From Bacteroidales bacterium (GTDB lineage: Bacteria > Bacteroidota > Bacteroidia > Bacteroidales > PUMT01), in assembly GCA_007132225.1 (NCBI GenBank), contig SLPB01000045.1:11940-75939 (forward strand): a DNA stretch of 64,000 nucleotides, given 5' to 3'. The notes under the pieces were generated by a model. That model saw only the letters and a program-made list of their open reading frames with translations, searched no databases and was not told the origin of the DNA. The position numbers and the translations under genes were made by a program. Of this stretch, positions 60,131 through 64,000 are shown in pieces. Every line of letters begins with the position of its first letter. The stretch's first letter is position 1.

Positions 60131-60712
60131 CTAGAGTTTCTTTAAGGCTTTCTTTATCAGATCCTCTACCGTCGTATCCTCTTCCTCAGATAGTAATTGG
60201 CTTATTACCTTCTCAACTGCATTCTTGGGGAATCCGAGCATTATTAAAGCAGATAACGATTCTTCCCTTATAGTATTGCCTGAAGCAGTAAATATTTCTT
60301 CACTTCCGTAAAGTTTACTTACTTTCTCTTTAAGATCCAGAATTATCCTCTGAGCAGATTTGAGACCGATACCTTTTACACTTTGCAAAACTTCGGCATT
60401 GCCTCCTGCAATGGCTTTATGTATTTCAACGGGTGATAATGATGATAACATAACCCTTGCAGTGTTGGCGCCTATACCTGAGACAGTGATCAGTAACCTG
60501 AAAAGCTCTCTCTCTTGCTTATCTGCAAAACCAAAAAGCAAATGTGCATCTTCTCTGATAACCTGGCATATAAATATACGTGAAGAGGGTTTGCCGCTAA
60601 GCAGGGAATAAGTATTAAGCGATATATTTACAAAATAACCCTTACCTTCGTTATCTATTACAAGATGCGCCGGAGTGAGCTCAATAATATTACCGGAGAT
60701 ATATTCATACAT
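60131..60712 (-). CDS. ruvA: Holliday junction DNA helicase subunit RuvA
   Basis: 193 aa. It begins MYEYISG, has HhH motifs (VSGIGANTA, VKGIGLKSAQRI) and a C-terminal domain III. Confidence 0.95.
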   Translation of the reverse strand: MYEYISGNIIELTPAHLVIDNEGKGYFVNISLNTYSLLSGKPSSRIFICQVIREDAHLLFGFADKQERELFRLLITVSGIGANTARVMLSSLSPVEIHKAIAGGNAEVLQSVKGIGLKSAQRIILDLKEKVSKLYGSEEIFTASGNTIREESLSALIMLGFPKNAVEKVISQLLSEEEDTTVEDLIKKALKKL

Positions 60713-60804
60713 TGTTGTGGAAGTTATTAAAACTATTAAAAATAATCAGGGCCAAAAGATGCTCATAATGTGTCAAAAATAATAAATCATTACGAACAAC
60801 CTAA

Positions 60805-61986
60805 ATGCAAATCTTTGAAAATACAGAAATCGCTTTTAAACACAGAAGTGATAAAGAACTGAAAAAAGCCGCTATACTTTTCAGATATATGAAAAATCCG
60901 GTCATTGTAAAAATAGCCGGAATATTGGCAAATTTGGGCATCCGGTTCAATTTGCCGGTTAAATGGCTGGTTAAACCAACAATATTCGATCATTTCTGCG
61001 GTGGAGAAAGGCTTGAAGAATCCCGGGAACTGATTAATTTTATGGCAAAATTCAATGTCCGCTGCGTACTTGACTATGCAGCTGAAAACCAGAAATCGGA
61101 AGATGAAATACAAGCTGTTATAAATGAAATAATCAGAACCATGGATTTTGCTGTAAATAATCCTTCTGTTCCCTTTTCCGTATTCAAGCCTTCAGCTCTT
61201 GCACCGGTTCAGATTCTGGCAAATGCCGGTTCAGGCGAAATCTCTGCAACCCGGCATTTACCGGAAATAGAAAAATTCAGGAACAATGTTAAAACACTTT
61301 GCCAGGCTGCCTTTGAAAGAGGGATACCGGTTATGATTGATGCGGAAGAAAGCCATTATCAGGATATTGTAGACAAAGTTGCCATTGAAATGATGGAGTT
61401 GTATAACAAAGAGAAAGCAATTGTTTTCAATACAATACAAATGTACAGACACGACAGGCTGAATTTTCTTAAAGATTGCCTGGGATTTTCTCAACAGAAG
61501 AATTATCATCTTGGTTTAAAAATAGTCAGGGGTGCCTATATGGATCAGGAAAGGGCACGTGCCCGTAAAATGGGATATCCCTCTCCTGTTTACGCGGACA
61601 AACAAAGCACGGACAATGCCTTTAACTCGGCTATATCACTTTGTCTTGAAAACATTGGCAATACAAGTCTTTTTGTTGGCACTCACAACGAGGAAAGTCT
61701 TCTGTTTCTGACAGACAAAATGAATGAATATAATCTGAAAAAAGATGATCAGCGCATATACATCTCTCAATTGCAGGGTATGAGTGATCATATCAGTTTT
61801 AATATGGCACATGAGTCATACAATGTGGCCAAATATCTTCCGTATGGTCCGTTCCAATACCTGCTTCCTTATCTTATCAGAAGAGTTGAGGAAAACAAAT
61901 CGGTTACGGGTCAGGCAGGAAGGGAACTGCAATTTATCAGCAGAGAAATCATAAGAAGGAAATCATTAATAAACAAAAAACAATGA
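60805..61986 (+). CDS. Proline dehydrogenase (monofunctional PRODH family)
   Basis: 393 aa. It has TIM-barrel PRODH motifs (IDAEES, VRGAY, QLQGMSD, YLPYGP...YLIRRVEEN). Confidence 0.85.
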   Translation: MQIFENTEIAFKHRSDKELKKAAILFRYMKNPVIVKIAGILANLGIRFNLPVKWLVKPTIFDHFCGGERLEESRELINFMAKFNVRCVLDYAAENQKSEDEIQAVINEIIRTMDFAVNNPSVPFSVFKPSALAPVQILANAGSGEISATRHLPEIEKFRNNVKTLCQAAFERGIPVMIDAEESHYQDIVDKVAIEMMELYNKEKAIVFNTIQMYRHDRLNFLKDCLGFSQQKNYHLGLKIVRGAYMDQERARARKMGYPSPVYADKQSTDNAFNSAISLCLENIGNTSLFVGTHNEESLLFLTDKMNEYNLKKDDQRIYISQLQGMSDHISFNMAHESYNVAKYLPYGPFQYLLPYLIRRVEENKSVTGQAGRELQFISREIIRRKSLINKKQ

Positions 61987-62477
61987 CAATAGACAATCAA
62001 AAACAGGCAGTTAATCTAAGAATACAGAAATCCATCGCACTTCTGATATTGATAATTGCATTGGGATTAATATATTTTGCAAATATATTGCCTCACAGCA
62101 TATACGGATTAAACAGAAATGAGATTGCGGTTTTAATCCTGGTAATATTTGTTTCGTTTTTCATTTTACATTACCTTAGAAATCATAATTATATATATTA
62201 CTCAGATACCGGCAATAAATTGATATTGCGATATTTTTCACTTCGCCCGTTTGAAGAAAAAAAAAATGCCATTGAATTCAATAAGAATGAATTGCACAAT
62301 TTTGAAATAAAAAAAACTATGCCCGGTATCAATAAAAGCATAATTATTTACAGAAAAACAACCAAGGGGATAGCCAAATATCCTCCTGTAAGCCTTACAG
62401 CACTCAGTAAGACTGATCAGGAAAAAATGATGGCCTCACTGCAAAGGCTGATCATGGCAAACCAGGCAGGGGCATAA
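61983..62477 (+). CDS. Hypothetical small membrane protein (two N-terminal TM segments plus a soluble C-terminal domain)
   Basis: 164 aa. Its start overlaps the PRODH stop in ATGA (61983-61986), suggesting translational coupling. I recognise no motif. Confidence 0.5.
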   Translation: MTIDNQKQAVNLRIQKSIALLILIIALGLIYFANILPHSIYGLNRNEIAVLILVIFVSFFILHYLRNHNYIYYSDTGNKLILRYFSLRPFEEKKNAIEFNKNELHNFEIKKTMPGINKSIIIYRKTTKGIAKYPPVSLTALSKTDQEKMMASLQRLIMANQAGA

Positions 62478-62662
62478 AAAAATATTACATAGCCATTCTC
62501 TATCCGGGTCTTTTTGTGTGTTTTGGTAAATGGATCACCCATGAGAAAAGTCATTGATCTCCATGAGGAAAATCATAAGCCAGGGGAATAGTTTTAATTT
62601 ATTTTTGTATATACCTTAAAGGTTTTGCACATAAACCCAAAGATCATTTAAAACATACCATC

Positions 62663-64000
62663 ATGAATGTAGACAAATTATTGATTGAGCTCGAAAAAAA
62701 GCATTCCGGTGAATCTGAATACCTTCAGGCAGTTGGCGAAGTACTTGAATCAATTGAGGATATATATAATCAGAATCCTCAGTTTGAATCGGCAGCCATA
62801 ATTGAACGGCTCATTGAACCTGACAGGGTTCTTACCTTTAAGGTTGCCTGGGTGGATGATCAGGGTCAGGCACATGTCAATATTGGCTACAGGGTACAGT
62901 TCAACAATGCTATTGGTCCGTATAAAGGAGGACTTCGCTTTCACCCCAGCGTGAACCTGAGTATCTTAAAATTTCTAGGGTTTGAACAGACCTTTAAAAA
63001 TTCACTGACAACACTCCCCATGGGTGGAGCAAAGGGGGGATCAGATTTTAATCCGAAAGGTAAATCAAATGCAGAGATAATGCGGTTCTGCCAGGCTTAT
63101 ATGCTTGAATTATGGAAAATAATTGGCCCCGACACTGATATACCTGCAGGCGACATAGGAGTTGGAGGCAAGGAGATAGGTTACATGTACGGAATATATA
63201 AAAAACTTTCCAGCGAACATAACGGCGTTCTCACAGGTAAAGGGAGAAACTGGGGAGGCAGCCTGATCAGGCCGGAAGCAACCGGTTTTGGTACTGTTTT
63301 TTTTGCTGAAGAGATGCTAAAAACCAAAAATGAATCATTTAAAGGCAAAATTGTGAACGTTTCAGGATTTGGGAATGTGGCCTGGGGAGCAATAAAAAAG
63401 GCAACCGAACTGGGAGCCAGGGTTATGACCATCTCCGGCCCCGATGGTTATATATATGATCCGGATGGTATTTCCGGGGAAAAAATAGATTACCTGATGG
63501 AATTAAGGGCATCAAATCAGGATATTGCAAAACCATATTCATATGAGTTCCCTGATGCCCAGTTCCATGAAGGTAAACGCCCCTGGGAGGCAAAGTGTGA
63601 TATAGCTCTTCCATGCGCCACACAAAATGAGCTTGATGAGACAGATGCAAAAATGCTTGTTCAAAATGGATGTATCTGCATTTCTGAAGGAGCCAACATG
63701 CCTTCAACACCCGAAGCAATTGAAATATTTCTTGAAAACAAAATTCTTTACGGTCCGGGTAAAGCCGCAAACGCCGGAGGTGTATCTACTTCGGGACTTG
63801 AACAAACACAGAATGCAATGAAGCTGAGCTGGACAGCAGAGGAAGTTGAAGAGAAGCTCAACCTTATAATGAAAAACATTCATGAGTCCTGCGTAAAATA
63901 TGGTAAAGAGCCTGATGGATATGTAAATTATATGAAAGGGGCAAATATCGCCGGTTTTATGAAAGTGGCAAATGCCATGCTGGATCAGGGAGTTATTTAA
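62663..64000 (+). CDS. gdhA: NADP-specific glutamate dehydrogenase
   Basis: 445 aa. It has the catalytic Lys motif LPMGGAKGGSDF, the dinucleotide-binding GFGNVAWGA, and a stop codon at 63998-64000. Confidence 0.95.
   Translation: MNVDKLLIELEKKHSGESEYLQAVGEVLESIEDIYNQNPQFESAAIIERLIEPDRVLTFKVAWVDDQGQAHVNIGYRVQFNNAIGPYKGGLRFHPSVNLSILKFLGFEQTFKNSLTTLPMGGAKGGSDFNPKGKSNAEIMRFCQAYMLELWKIIGPDTDIPAGDIGVGGKEIGYMYGIYKKLSSEHNGVLTGKGRNWGGSLIRPEATGFGTVFFAEEMLKTKNESFKGKIVNVSGFGNVAWGAIKKATELGARVMTISGPDGYIYDPDGISGEKIDYLMELRASNQDIAKPYSYEFPDAQFHEGKRPWEAKCDIALPCATQNELDETDAKMLVQNGCICISEGANMPSTPEAIEIFLENKILYGPGKAANAGGVSTSGLEQTQNAMKLSWTAEEVEEKLNLIMKNIHESCVKYGKEPDGYVNYMKGANIAGFMKVANAMLDQGVI

Overview
This window looks like a mostly housekeeping stretch of a Bacteroidota chromosome. 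The evidence is a fused lpxC-fabZ, a 2487-aa SprA type IX secretion translocon, TAnnTTTG-type -7 promoter boxes and few Shine-Dalgarno sites. About 50 genes are supported. They include fur-like/katG, argJ-argC-argD-argB, a Zn/Cd-type P1B ATPase, an mccA/mccB-like reverse-transsulfuration pair, and a nine-gene heme pathway cluster (hemA-C-D-B-L-E-N-Y-H). That cluster converges on a sufBCDSE-sufT operon. Further genes are thiL, lpxA/lpxC-fabZ/lpxD, an HD hydrolase, rimP-nusA-infB, gcvH, sprA, ruvA, proline dehydrogenase and gdhA. I found no tRNA, rRNA, CRISPR array or transposase. Two loci deserve the most follow-up. (1) At 14907-15093 a 28-codon mini-ORF with 5 Cys codons (CICCC) is followed by a canonical intrinsic terminator 15 nt before the mccA-like start. 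This fits a cysteine-sensing leader-peptide attenuator. (2) At 17.4-23.5 kb is the only accessory-looking block. It has an Fe-S-type Rrf2 regulator, three secreted YceI-like paralogues with conserved Cys pairs, an uncharacterised outer-membrane beta-barrel and a His-rich CPH-type CopB ATPase. Smaller observations are a terminator-like leader hairpin before rimP-nusA-infB, a 24-unit tetrapeptide repeat array in IF-2, palindromic operator candidates near fur/katG, hemA, rrf2 and sufB, and a long structured spacer inside the lpx cluster. All functional calls come from reading motifs by eye. No database search or RNA folding was run.
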